A stretch of 64,000 nt of DNA from Saprolegnia diclina VS20. Taxonomy: Eukaryota. The position numbers and the translations under genes are program-made. The notes beneath the pieces are model-generated. The model was not told the DNA's origin, ran no database searches, and saw only the letters and a list, made by a program, of their open reading frames with translations. This document shows, one piece after another, positions 12,101 through 22,992 of this stretch (its first letter is position 1; the number at the start of each line of letters is the position of its first letter). Location: positions 101,727-165,726 of the forward strand of contig NW_008246096.1 in the NCBI RefSeq assembly GCF_000281045.1, written 5' to 3'.

Positions 12101-13618
12101 ACCGCCGTGGTGGACAACCGCAGCCATGTGCGGGAAGAGCCAGTCGTGCGGGCAGTTGCCAAGGAGAAATACATTGTCCGGAATCGTAATCTCACCGCCT
12201 TGGGTCATGTCGCTCCAGCTGGACTGGAGCACGACACGGACGCGAGCGAGTTTGGCGGCGTCGATGATCGTCTGCGTCGTCTTGGCCGCGTCCGGAATGA
12301 CCATCGAGCCAAACCCGACAAAGATCGGCGGCGGCCCAGACGCCAAGAAGGCGGCAAACTCGGGCGTTGGCGTGTGCGCGGGAATGTCCGTGTCGCAGAC
12401 CGTGCCAATGACGTCGTAGATGCTCGGGTCCCAGTCGTCCGGGCGCGGCACGAGGTGCGGGCTCCACATGAACGAGTGCGGAATGCGCAAATCCAAAAGA
12501 ACGTTCCGGCCGGCGTCGCCCATGCGGATCTTCCGGAGCCCGAGCACGTCTTCGCGGAACCGGTTGACCATGTTCTCGGTCCCTTGCCACATGAGGAGGT
12601 CCACGAGCTTGTACGAGATATGGTTCTTCTTCTCGATCTTGCCCGTGTACGCGAGGTTCGAGAGCGGGTGCGGGAACGCCGCCGTCGGCACCCACGGCTG
12701 CGGAAACATGATGTGCAAGGGCACGCCAAGCTTCTCGGCCACATGGATGTGGCCGTACGTCACCGGGTTGGAGATGATGGCGTTGGCGCGGAAGGGCGGC
12801 AGCACGCGCGTGGCACCCGGGTCCGCCGAGTGCACGGCCGGCCACGTCGAGAAGAGGATCTCCTCGACCATCTGGATGTTGCGTGGCATGTCCTTCGTAA
12901 GCACGTCGTACTGGACAGGAATCAAGTGCCCGCCCGTCTTGACCATGTATGCAGCGAGCTCCTTCGGGTCGCCGCCGAGCGGGTAGAACTCGAGGCCACC
13001 GTCGGTCACCATCGAGCGGTAAATGGCGTGGGTCGCGAGCCGGACGCGGTGGCCATCGGATACGAGGCGCTTGCCAATGCCAATGAATGGCTGCACGTCG
13101 CCGCGCGTGCCGACGATCATGATGCAGATGTGCATGGGCGGCGCCGGCTCGGAGAAGCCCGACGGCGCCGACGACGACGTTGGGCTGTGGTTGCCGACGA
13201 CCGCGTCCGAGCGTGCGAGGCTCGACCGATGGAGAGCAGAAGGCGGCGGCAACGGGAAGCTATCGGCGTCATGGATCTCAATCTCAATGCGACCGTCACG
13301 CGTCATGGCCGTAGCCGCGGGATGGATCGTCATGGGCGCTTCGTCGTCGTGGTGCTTGCCCTACAAGCACGATAAGAAAGCGTACATCGTGGCGTGACTC
13401 TGGCGTACGAGGTTCTTGATCTTAGACGAGAGGTCGTCCATGGTCTTCTTGACCGGAATGTCGATCGAGTCGAGCGTCTTCTTGACGGGGATGTCAATCT
13501 CGGCCATTTTCTCCTTCGTCCTCGCTGTAAAGTCGGTGATCGAGTCCCATGTCTTCTGGACCGGGATCTCGGCCATCTTCTCCTTCGTCTTGGCCGTGAA
13601 CTGCTTGAGCTTGTCCAT
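9155..13618 (-). CDS. Sterol 3-beta-glucosyltransferase (GT28/UGT80-like) with two tandem GT modules; 3 exons
   Basis: First module has GTRGDVQPF, HRVRLATH, FVGFGS, CPHDWLF, VVHHGGAGTTAAGL and PFFGDQPFWG. A second, degenerate module follows. Exon 1 is 13618 to about 13409. An intron at about 9671-9715 joins the 9155..9634 ORF as the last exon, whose AAAIYRHVPVASMVCD parallels AVQSFYNHLPLHKMKCA in module 1. Confidence 0.88.
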
Positions 13619-13769
13619 GGTTGCGAGCCAAAGCCAAAATGACGCCTCCTTGCTTTGCCAAAGCCTGTTATAACATCATGAACATGTCGCGTTATCATAG
13701 TACTTGCGTGTTAGACGCACCCATGTTGTGCGACGCTGGCGTTTTAGTCCGTTTAACCCCTTTTGCGCG

Positions 13770-13902
13770 GTCGCTGATTGGGTGAATCGGGCAGCACCCG
13801 TTGTGATTGGACCGATCTTGCTCCTAACACTTCGACGCGGCACGGCTGACGTAAACCCATTATTTCATCACGCGATGCCATTGGCTAGTAGCCAACCAAT
13901 GG
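13770..13902. promoter_or_regulatory. Cluster of CCAAT boxes upstream of the sterol glucosyltransferase
   Basis: GATTGG at about 13776 and 13804, and CCAAT at about 13896. CCAAT is a known oomycete promoter element. Confidence 0.4.
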
Positions 13903-14130
13903 CCTTGCGAGAAAGGCGATCCTGCGAATGCACTTGGGTTTTGTATGCTGTCCATGTTTACTTGTGTGGACCATGGGCATGGCGCGGATGACGTGACGGA
14001 CACGACGGTCATAAAATGGTTTTCGTGCGATTGCATACAAAATGTAAATAAAAAAATTGCATTGCATTTGAATCACGCCATTCGACTCTAAGAAATTAGG
14101 GCGGATCGGCAAGCATAAATAAGGCCGCGC

Positions 14131-15468
14131 CTAAAAGAGGCAGTCGTACAGCGGCGCGAGGAAGACGTCGGCGGTGGGTGCGTCCGCGGACGAGAGCGGC
14201 CACATCGAGTCGACGTGGTAGAGGTCCATGACCGACGTCGGCGAGAGCGCTGCGTCCAGCTCCTCTTCCTTGAGCGGTGCGTGCAGCGCGTTGGCGTCGT
14301 GAAAGCCAAATGGGTCGAACGACGAGACGTCGCCGAGCGCCTCGGGGATCCAGCAGTCGCTCATAAAGTCGAGCTCGCGAAAGTCCCGGTCGAACGTGTT
14401 GTCGTCGTCCTTGAGCGGGTCCGCCATGTCGAAGCTCAAGCTCTTGGCCCGCGAGGCCAGTTGCAGTTGCAGCTCCTGGATCTGGGTCGATGCATGCGCC
14501 GTCGCCTTCTTCGTTGGTGTCAACGACGGTGCTTGCGTTGGCTTGGTCATCGAGGGCACGCTGTTGGTGCGCTTCACAGGGCCCCGCGGCGTCATGGCCA
14601 CATACGGCTTGACACTGGTCTTGATCGTGAGCGCCGGCTTGGCCTCGGTCTTGACCGCGGACGGCGACAAGACCTTCTTGGGCATCGTTGTGCACTGCGA
14701 CGACTTGGCGACGACATTGAAAGGGGGGCGCACCGCCGACGTCTTGATCATGGGCGGGCGGTGCAGCATGGACGAGAGGCTTGATGCATGCATAAAGTGA
14801 TGGCTGTTGGGCGACGACATGGACGACTTGAGGGTGCCCATGAGCGACGGCTTGAAGCCGTGGAATGGCGTGGTCGATGCCGTATGCTGTTTCTTGACGG
14901 GCGGGATCGGGAGCCCGTTCGCGTCCTTCTTCTTGTTGCGCTTGCGCTTGCGCGTGCCGTTGGCCTTGTTCTCGAGGCGTTCCTTCTCTTCGCGGATCCA
15001 GCTCTCGCAAAAGTCGTCGTGGAGCTTCTCAATCTCGGCAGCGCGGCGGAGCTTCTCGTCGTCGCTCATGTCGTTGATGCGCGACTCGTTGCGCTCAAAC
15101 ATGCGCTTGCCAATGCTCTGCTCGCCGACAAACTTTTTGCTAATGCGCATCGGGCAGCAGCGCAACTTGGCGCTGAGCCAGCTGCGCATCGTCGTGCCGT
15201 TCGTCACGTCTGTGAGAAGGCCAGCGGTGAAGTCGCCAATGAGCCGCGTTGTGTACGCCTCTTCTTCGCGCGTCCACTTGCCCCAGCGCAGCTTATCCTT
15301 CTTCGGGGCCTCGGCGTCGTCTGTGGTCACAGTCTCGGTCGGCGATGCATCGGGCGCGGCAGCTGCCGGAACTTCCGTGGGCACTTCCTTGGCCGGCAGT
15401 GGCACGGCCGTGGGCGCCAGCACCTCGTGGGCCGTCGCCGTCGTCGTCGTCGTCGTCGCAGTGCTCAT
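14131..15468 (-). CDS. Stramenopile-type putative transcription factor with Myb-like 'RxGKWTxEEE...CxPMRISKKF' domain
   Basis: Single-exon ORF. Conserved block KLRWGKWTREEEAYTTRLIGDFTAGLL...GTTMRSWLSAKLRCCPMRISKKFVG, a basic NLS (RKRKRNKKK) and an acidic C-terminus. Confidence 0.7.
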   Translation of the reverse strand: MSTATTTTTTATAHEVLAPTAVPLPAKEVPTEVPAAAAPDASPTETVTTDDAEAPKKDKLRWGKWTREEEAYTTRLIGDFTAGLLTDVTNGTTMRSWLSAKLRCCPMRISKKFVGEQSIGKRMFERNESRINDMSDDEKLRRAAEIEKLHDDFCESWIREEKERLENKANGTRKRKRNKKKDANGLPIPPVKKQHTASTTPFHGFKPSLMGTLKSSMSSPNSHHFMHASSLSSMLHRPPMIKTSAVRPPFNVVAKSSQCTTMPKKVLSPSAVKTEAKPALTIKTSVKPYVAMTPRGPVKRTNSVPSMTKPTQAPSLTPTKKATAHASTQIQELQLQLASRAKSLSFDMADPLKDDDNTFDRDFRELDFMSDCWIPEALGDVSSFDPFGFHDANALHAPLKEEELDAALSPTSVMDLYHVDSMWPLSSADAPTADVFLAPLYDCLF

Positions 15469-16421
15469 GCTCTGTGGTTTTGGTGCTTGCACGGGCGTCG
15501 ATACCAAGGGTGTAGCACGAGATCGCTTGCGTGTCAAGCCTCTTATTTAAAACTAAGGTCCAAAGCCGCGCAGTATCATCGCGGCCACAAGCCTGTGCGA
15601 ACAGATCGTGGTCCCACCCTGCTTTGGCTCCTCGCTTCGATAAAAATCCTCCCAACAGCTGTGTGGGCGATCGGCCCATTCCCTCTTTGCGATCGACTGC
15701 ATTCCTATATTTGGCGTCACCGAAAATCACCCAATCCACATCCTTCATATTCAAAATTCACGCGCGGGATTCGCCAATATGAAAGCGTCACTCCTTCCAA
15801 ACGGAGCTCAAAAGGTGGTTTCCGTGGAAGAGACGGAATAAGATCTAATCGGGGCTTCGATTTTTGATTTGCATGGGTGGACAATAGCCTCAGTGGCGAC
15901 AACGCCTGTGAAAATGGAAGGCTTCCGACGCGGGAACTTCTTAGCGGAGGAGGAGGGGCCGTGGATGGCAGCAGCTTGCTCCTCGTTGTACCATGTACCA
16001 TACGAGTGCATTGCAGTAGCATCGGCGATTCTTCGTTGGGGACTGCGCCCGTCTTGCGCATCGGCTTACTGTCACAGGCGCTCGTTGAGCACATCCATCA
16101 TGCCTAGGAGTACGTCCCAACCATTCGCCAAAGCTTCGGTCGCGTGTGACGATGTGGGACCGAGGGCCACTGTGGCTGGAAAGGCCGACACCCCGTCGAG
16201 TGGCGCCAGCCATCCACAAAGTGGTGCGTGGTCCTTGGGAGGAGGCACTCACAACCAGAACGGCGACACGAACAACGATCTCCGCTGCGCGGTCGAAATG
16301 ACGTCGACAACAGCGCCGGACCAGCCATTGGCATGCTGGCGCCTTGCATTCGTAGTTAGTTACTCCTTGAAGCCTTGCAGGATGCGCGACTGATATGCGC
16401 TTCGATGGCGCACGAGATTCG

Positions 16422-16449
16422 CCACCAACCACCAACCACCAACCACCAA
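16422..16449. repeat. Tandem 7-mer (CCACCAA)x4
   Basis: Read directly from intergenic sequence. Confidence 0.8.
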
Positions 16450-16989
16450 CGGACCAGCATACCGGTATACAAGAGCACACAGCACGCTCCCATTCGTCAC
16501 TTACTTTGTGAATTCCTTGCCGTTTCTTCTTGCATTTTGGGTCGTGCCATACAAACGAATCTCGGTCGCAGTAATCACTAAAACGCTTTGGTTCGATATT
16601 TCGTTTGAAAAAAATCGAACGCGCGATCTTCTGGTTCGGAATGTGACGTGCCAATGGGCAATGTGGCAGGATCTGGGTTCAGCGCCACGTGGTTGCACCT
16701 ACGCCTTTTGGGTCTTGGTCGCGACGGTCTGTGGCACCAAAGGTACTCGTATTCGCTCCTACGGCCCCTCCTTTCCTTGCATCTTGGTCGGCCGTGCTGG
16801 CGACAACGGCCTTTCCAGCACACGGGCTCTCCAGCCACCTTGCCCTTGGCGCTGAGGAGGTATTGGAGAGGTGTATACACGTGTATGTGGGCGAGATAGC
16901 ACCTGGTGATGCACCTCCCACGACCACACGATGCAGAGCAGCAAGTGTTACGCAAGGCTGCGTTCAGTGTTACTGCGCATTGCCAACGA

Positions 16990-18793
16990 CTATTCATCGT
17001 CTTCGCCGTCGTCTTCCGACTCTTTGATCTCGTCCATGTCGACGTCGAGGCTTTTGGGCGCCTTGTGCCCGATGCTGCGCCCCATGAGCTCGTTGGAGTC
17101 GGCCGACGTTTCTTTGGCGCGCATGAAGAGCGGCGAGTTTTCCAGGATCGGGCCCGCGATCGTGAGGAAGACGCCGAGGATCTCTTCGTCGTCGGTCGTA
17201 AAGACGCCGTCCGTCTTGTTGATGAGCTGGAGGACGCCAATGACGTCCGTCTTCTTGCCGCGGAGCGGCAGTGCCAGAATCGTCTGTGTCTTGTACCCGA
17301 GCTTTTGATCGACTTCCTACACCACCTATGTACAGACCTTCTGATGGCAGTCACCATGGACGACACCTTGTTGAAGCGGGCGTCGTCGTATGCGTTGAGG
17401 AGGTTGATCACGTTGCCTTCTTGGGCGACGGCGCCCGAGATGCCTTGGTGCCACGGAATGCGAATGTCGACTTCGCCTTGGAGCGTCCACAGCTCGCCCT
17501 TGTTCTTATCCACGAGATATAGCGAGCACCGGTCGGCGCCAATAAGCGTCTGGATGCGGTGCGTGACCGTGAAGATGAGCGAGTTGATGCCGAGGTCTCC
17601 GTGCATGGCCTTGACAATGTCGAGCACTTCGGTCACCTTCTTCTGCGCGAGGAGCGCCGTCTTGTGGTTCTGCGCGTTCTGGAGCGCGATGCCGGCCTGC
17701 GCCGCGAGGATCGTCATGACCTCCTCGTCCATGTCGGTGAAGCCGCCGTCCTTGTCATTGCCGACACGGTTGAGCGCCTGCATGACGCCGACGATCGCGC
17801 CGTGGCCATTGCGCTACGTAGTTCCTCAAAACGTAGAAGGCGAAAAGCCAACGTACCACCGGGACACATAGGATCGAGCGCGTATGGTACCCCGTCTGCA
17901 TGTCGTACTGCGAGTCGAAGTTCGGGTCGGCGTACGCATTGGCAATGTTGATGAGCTTCCCGGTCGATGCCACGACGCCTGCAATGCCCTAGCGCAGCTG
18001 CGATCGAGAAGCTGCGACGGATGGACCGTAGGAGGAGTACCTTGCCGACAGGCACACTGATCTCGGCCGCGCCCTCGGCGACGCTGAGATTCAACGTTTG
18101 GCGCGCCGCATCCTACGCTTTGCTCGTGGCGCGGCTGCGCGGAGTAGGACACGTACAAGTTTGAAGAGCGTCGATCGCTCGCAGTTGAGAATCTTGCACG
18201 TTTGCTTGATGATCGAGTTGGTAGCTAGATACGTACACATGCTCGACAAGGCACGCGGATCATGGCGTCGTACCTTCCAGCGGATCGAGCTGCATCGTGA
18301 TGACGCGGAAGGCCTGGATGAGCTTCTCGAGTAGCGTCAGCCGCTTGTTGGCAGCGTTCTCGCCGCTGCTCGCGACGACGCTACATGGCGCATGAGACGT
18401 GGTCGATACCGAGCGCGCACGTACCTGTCGCGCTTGGGCCGAAGGCACAACCGTCCGTTCTCGTCTGCGGACGCGCTATCGACGCCCACGACGTTGTAGA
18501 AATGATGACCATGGAGCGTACCTCGCTTCGGCGTAGCACTGCTTAATGTAGGTCATTGCGTGGTCGGGGTTGTACGTCTCGCCCGACGAGCGCTACGCAG
18601 GACGTCATCCTCTTGTGCACGAGGGGCAGCGTACCAAGGCGAGCTTCTCGGACGCGATCGTGCGCATAAAGGCGAGCGGGTCGTCCGGGCGGCTCAAGAG
18701 CGCTTCGGCCGTGACCCACTCGATGAGCGACCGAAAGTTCATCGAGTTGAGGTACTCCTCGCCGCCCTCGGCCGTCTGCGCCTGGCTAGCCAT
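16990..18793 (-). CDS. Protein with N-terminal RIIa/Dpy-30-like dimerisation/docking domain and two tandem cyclic-nucleotide-type GAF domains; no catalytic domain (about 9 exons)
   Basis: ATG 18793 ([46 protein letters not shown]). [35 protein letters not shown]...QALNR...[42 protein letters not shown]...[16 protein letters not shown]. Ends DDGEDDE* at 16990. Confidence 0.8.
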
Positions 18794-19527
18794 TTCGCTG
18801 GGTTTCGCTTCTTTCAACGAAAATGGAAATTGACGTTTCACGTCGCCAACCGCCAAATCTTCCAACCTCTCCATGGTGTCCTTGGGAACCCAAGGCTTGG
18901 GTTTGGACATATTTCTCAACATAAAACGCTGTCGACGGGCGATATGGCGCCAGTTCACTCTACGTCGACCTCGACGACGCACTGCAACGTTTGGACTTTC
19001 ACTGCTGCGCATCAACAAGGTCGTCGGCCTCTCGGTGGCGATCGCGATCAAGCCGAGCCTCCTACCAAATGATCCAAGTCGTTGCTCTCTTCGACGGCGA
19101 GGCAGCTCGGCGAGGCCACGACCACGGGAAGTCGATTGAAGAATATTCCTTTGTACCTTTGAGTAGCGTTGCCAATCGGTATACAGAGATCTCTGTACTA
19201 TGACCTACTGGGTGATCTAGCGCCAATATATCTTGGACGGACTTGCGCTTGAACTAAAGTGGTCTACCATGTGATGTCCTGCGCTCAAGGAAAATGAGTC
19301 CGCAGAGCGACCGTAAGATATAGTCGATCTGGAAAGATAGGAGGGTTGCAGTCTGCCTGGGGCGGTGAGATCGCAACGTGGTGGCGACGGTGTCGCCGTT
19401 TTCGCGCGGCTGTTCGAATTCGGATCTTGCCGATTTGTACCAGGCAAAGTCCTAGTTAGGCCCTACAAATGGGGCGAAGAAGAGCCTCGATTCGAATCTT
19501 TTGCAGAGTTCAAGCAACGACGAACCG

Positions 19528-22500
19528 ATGGAAGACGAGGAGGCGCCGACGAGCAGCCGCGGGGCCCGCCATCGACGAACGCGCAGCGTCGGCTTCCCCG
19601 ACGAGCATGAGCTCATGGAGCCGGCGGTGCCAGATGATGTGGATGTGCAGCCGGAGCGCGCCCACCGGCGGACCAAGAGCTTTGAGAGCCACGAGCAGTT
19701 CCTCGGTATGCTGCAAGCACCACGCTCGCGGGGCTACACCAAGTCGCTCAAGAGCTTGGTCAAGCACTTGGCTCCGGACGGAGCCCAGAACATCACGGGC
19801 TCGGCGGTCTCGAGCAGGACGACGCCCACCGGGATGTCGAGCCCCGTGCCACCGTCCCGGCGCCAGAGCCACATGAAGACGCATACGACCAAGGTGTGGT
19901 CGCCGCACCAAGACACGGAAGCGCACAAGCATCTTCTCGACTCGAGCAAACCATTAGAGTACGAATTTGCACTCGTGCTCCACAACAAGCCCGCCCGTGC
20001 TCGCGAGCTCGAGCTCCATGGCCTCGACAAGGTCGGGAACGAGCAGCGCGACGTGATTCGGCGCTGCGTCAACGCAGGGTTGGACGTTACAGTCGTGGCC
20101 AGCACGGTACACACACGCAAGTACCTCTGTCTCCTCGTGCGTCCGACGGCCCAGCGCATGCGCATCGAGCGCAACCGTCTCGCGGTCGAGCGCTGGCTGC
20201 AGATTGGCGCTGTTGGCGAGGTGCCAAGCGAGATCGAGCAGCTCATCTACTCGAGCGACTTGGGCTCGTCGCCGGCGCAAGTCGCGGCGGAGCTCGACGA
20301 CATGGACGACGAGTGCGGGGACATGAAGTTTACGCCGGCCGAGCGCATCCAGACCATTGGCCGCATCCTCACGTCGACCGACGACATTCAAGAGCTCAAC
20401 CCGCCGGGCGCCAACATCTCGATCGAAGACGTAAACACCAAGGACCCGATCATTGCGGCGTGCTTTCCACTGCACAACCGCAAGGTACATCCATATTCCC
20501 ATATAAGGCCTGCATGGAGGGTGTCGTAGGTCAATGCGATGCTGCTCGCCAAGAAACACTCGTGGTGGATCAAGTCGGACGACATCACCAACGCGATTCG
20601 GTAAGCACAACAGGCTGCATTGGCTATCGTACTCGACACGACGACTGGGGGTAGGTTTCACTATGGCGAGCGCGTCGCCTTTCACTTTTCGTTTATCTTT
20701 TTATACACCAAGTGGCTCCTCGTGCCGGCGCTCGTGGGTACGATCCTATACCTCTCGCTGCGCTGGTACAGCGCGATCTACTACATGACGAGCCTCAGCA
20801 TCTTTGGGTACGCGACCGTCATCATCTGGGGCACGCTCTTCCTCAAGGTACAAAGTATCAACTCTTTGTATCAAGCAGACTCAACTCCTATGCGCGGCAT
20901 TAGTTTTGGCAGCGCGAGAACGAGCACCTCAACGACATTTGGAACGTGCGTCTCTTCAAGGAGGCCGAGTACCCGAACCCGCGCTTTCGACCCCACGGCT
21001 TTCGGGACATTGTCGATTCCAACGGCGTGCTGCTCTTCAAGGAGCCGTACTACAACCCACTGTACCGGATTCCCGCCATGATGCAGACGCTCTTCATCTT
21101 TACGCTCTTTACGCTCACGTATGTGGTCGGGACGACGTTTTTCGTGCAGTGGTACACGGCGGCGATGCTTGCGCCCGTCTGCGACGAGTGCCCGCACTGC
21201 GAAGGCTTTCTCTCGTGCTTTGACACGGTCGGCGCAACCGTGGGTACGTGGCGCTGGGTGTACATCCTCGTGCAGGGCATCTTCCTCGGCATCACGCTCG
21301 ACGTGTTTGTCTACCTCTTGAGCGTCAAGCTCCTTCGGTTCTTTGTTGTGCGCGAAAACCACGCGACCGAAGCCCAGATCGACCGCACGATGATCAACCG
21401 CCTCTTCATCATCAACTGGATCTCGTTCTTTCTCTGGTTCATGCTCATTGCGTTTGTCGTCGTGCCCTTTGGCGAGCCGGTCGAAGACTGGCTCAGCGAC
21501 CGGTTTCGATGGACGCGCATCACGGTGAGCTGGCGCGAAGGCCGCATCGACATGAGCACGGCGCTCGTGACGCCACTGCTGATCACGCAAGCGCTCAATT
21601 TGCTCATTGACACAGCATTGCCCAATGCCCTTCGGAAGCGCCGACTGAACGCGTTTCGCATGGCGCGCCGGCTCCGCGCCAACCCCGCCGACACGATGCT
21701 GGCACTCTCCGAGGCGCAACAGCACGCTGGGAGCCATCGCAGCGGTCGACGGTCGGCGCCAACGATGACGTCGTCGTCGTCGTCCCTCTCGCCCGACACG
21801 CCGTCGCTCAACTTTCAGACGAAAATTGAGGTTCGTTTTGAGATTGATGTCGAGAATTTGAGATGGCATTGTAGCTGCAAATGATCACGCCGCTTCGCAT
21901 CCCGTACATTGAGAACGACTTGCACATTGCGATTCCGTCCATTGAAGGGTTCGAGAACGACAAGGGTGCGACGGCTCGTTGCTTGCACAATGTCTGATGG
22001 CGAGAGACTAGAGTTTATGACGGCTGATTCGATTGTCGAAGAGTCGCAACTCGACCTCTACGATGCCTTTGTACGTACCTCTCGTTCGTAGCTAGATTCA
22101 GCGTGATGTGGTAGCCCGACTACCTCAAGATGGTCATCCAGTTTGTACGCCGACAAAAGCGCCAAGATCGTCTTTACATGTCGTGTTGTCTAGGGCTACG
22201 TGGTCATGTTTTCGGTCGTCTGGCCGTTCTGCGGCATGGCAGCGCTGGTGCGATCACCTTGCATGGTATCAATGTATCGAGTGCGTAGGCCAACAACGCG
22301 GTGCACATTCAAAATTGCTTTCATAAGCTCTGCCTCACGCGCCGACGCCCGGTTCCGCGCAAGGCCAACAGCATTGGACAGTGGGAAAAGACACTCTACA
22401 GCACGCTCTTCCTCGGCGTCTTTGCGGTCGTCGGGCTTATTTGCATCAGTTCTGGCCAGGTCGAGTACTTTGTCGGGCACTGTCTCGCGCTCGACCGCTT

Positions 22501-22822
22501 CAATGGCACCGACTACAGGTAGTTTGTCGACCAGTGTTTCCAGCGGTGCTGCATATGGGTCGTAGCATGACGCCAGAGTTTTCGTGCTTTGATCTGCCGT
22601 CGCGCTTTCTCATTGCGCTCGTCCTCGAACACGTCGGCCTCGGGCTTATCTACTTGCTGCTGGACAACATCTCGGGCACGCCGGCGTCGCTGCGGTCGTC
22701 GTTCCAGCTCAAGCGCGAGCTCATCCGCCGGGCCATTGGCGGTCACAGCCACAACCACTCGGGCTCGCCCCACTCGTCCAGTACGCGACCCTGTCAAATG
22801 GCTTGTCTTAGGCGTCTTCTAG
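19528..22822 (+). CDS. Anoctamin/TMEM16-family membrane protein (multi-exon)
   Basis: Motifs FPLHN, IR.HYGERVAFHFSF, DYLKMVIQFGYVVMFSVVWP and RRPVPRKANSIGQW, plus multiple TM segments. The 3' end is uncertain (22822 if the last intron is spliced, 22848 if not). Confidence 0.85.
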
Positions 22823-22992
22823 GTCGGTCGCAGCACGAGTATGTGTAGTAGGCAGAGAGATCGAAACGCGGGTCGTTGATTGGCTATAAAGCTCCACCAA
22901 TGAGCACATCGTCTTTTGCACAGTAGCCAATGGCCTTGCGGCGTTTGAGTGGATAAGGTGTTGGGCTTGATCATCATTGAAGAAGCGAAGAG

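Noticed and set aside
13361..13385. Apparent 25-nt micro-intron in the sterol GT gene (and a 24-nt one near 4891 in ULK4)
   Set aside because: Upstream GTACGC donors give normal 47-48 nt introns that preserve the reading frame.
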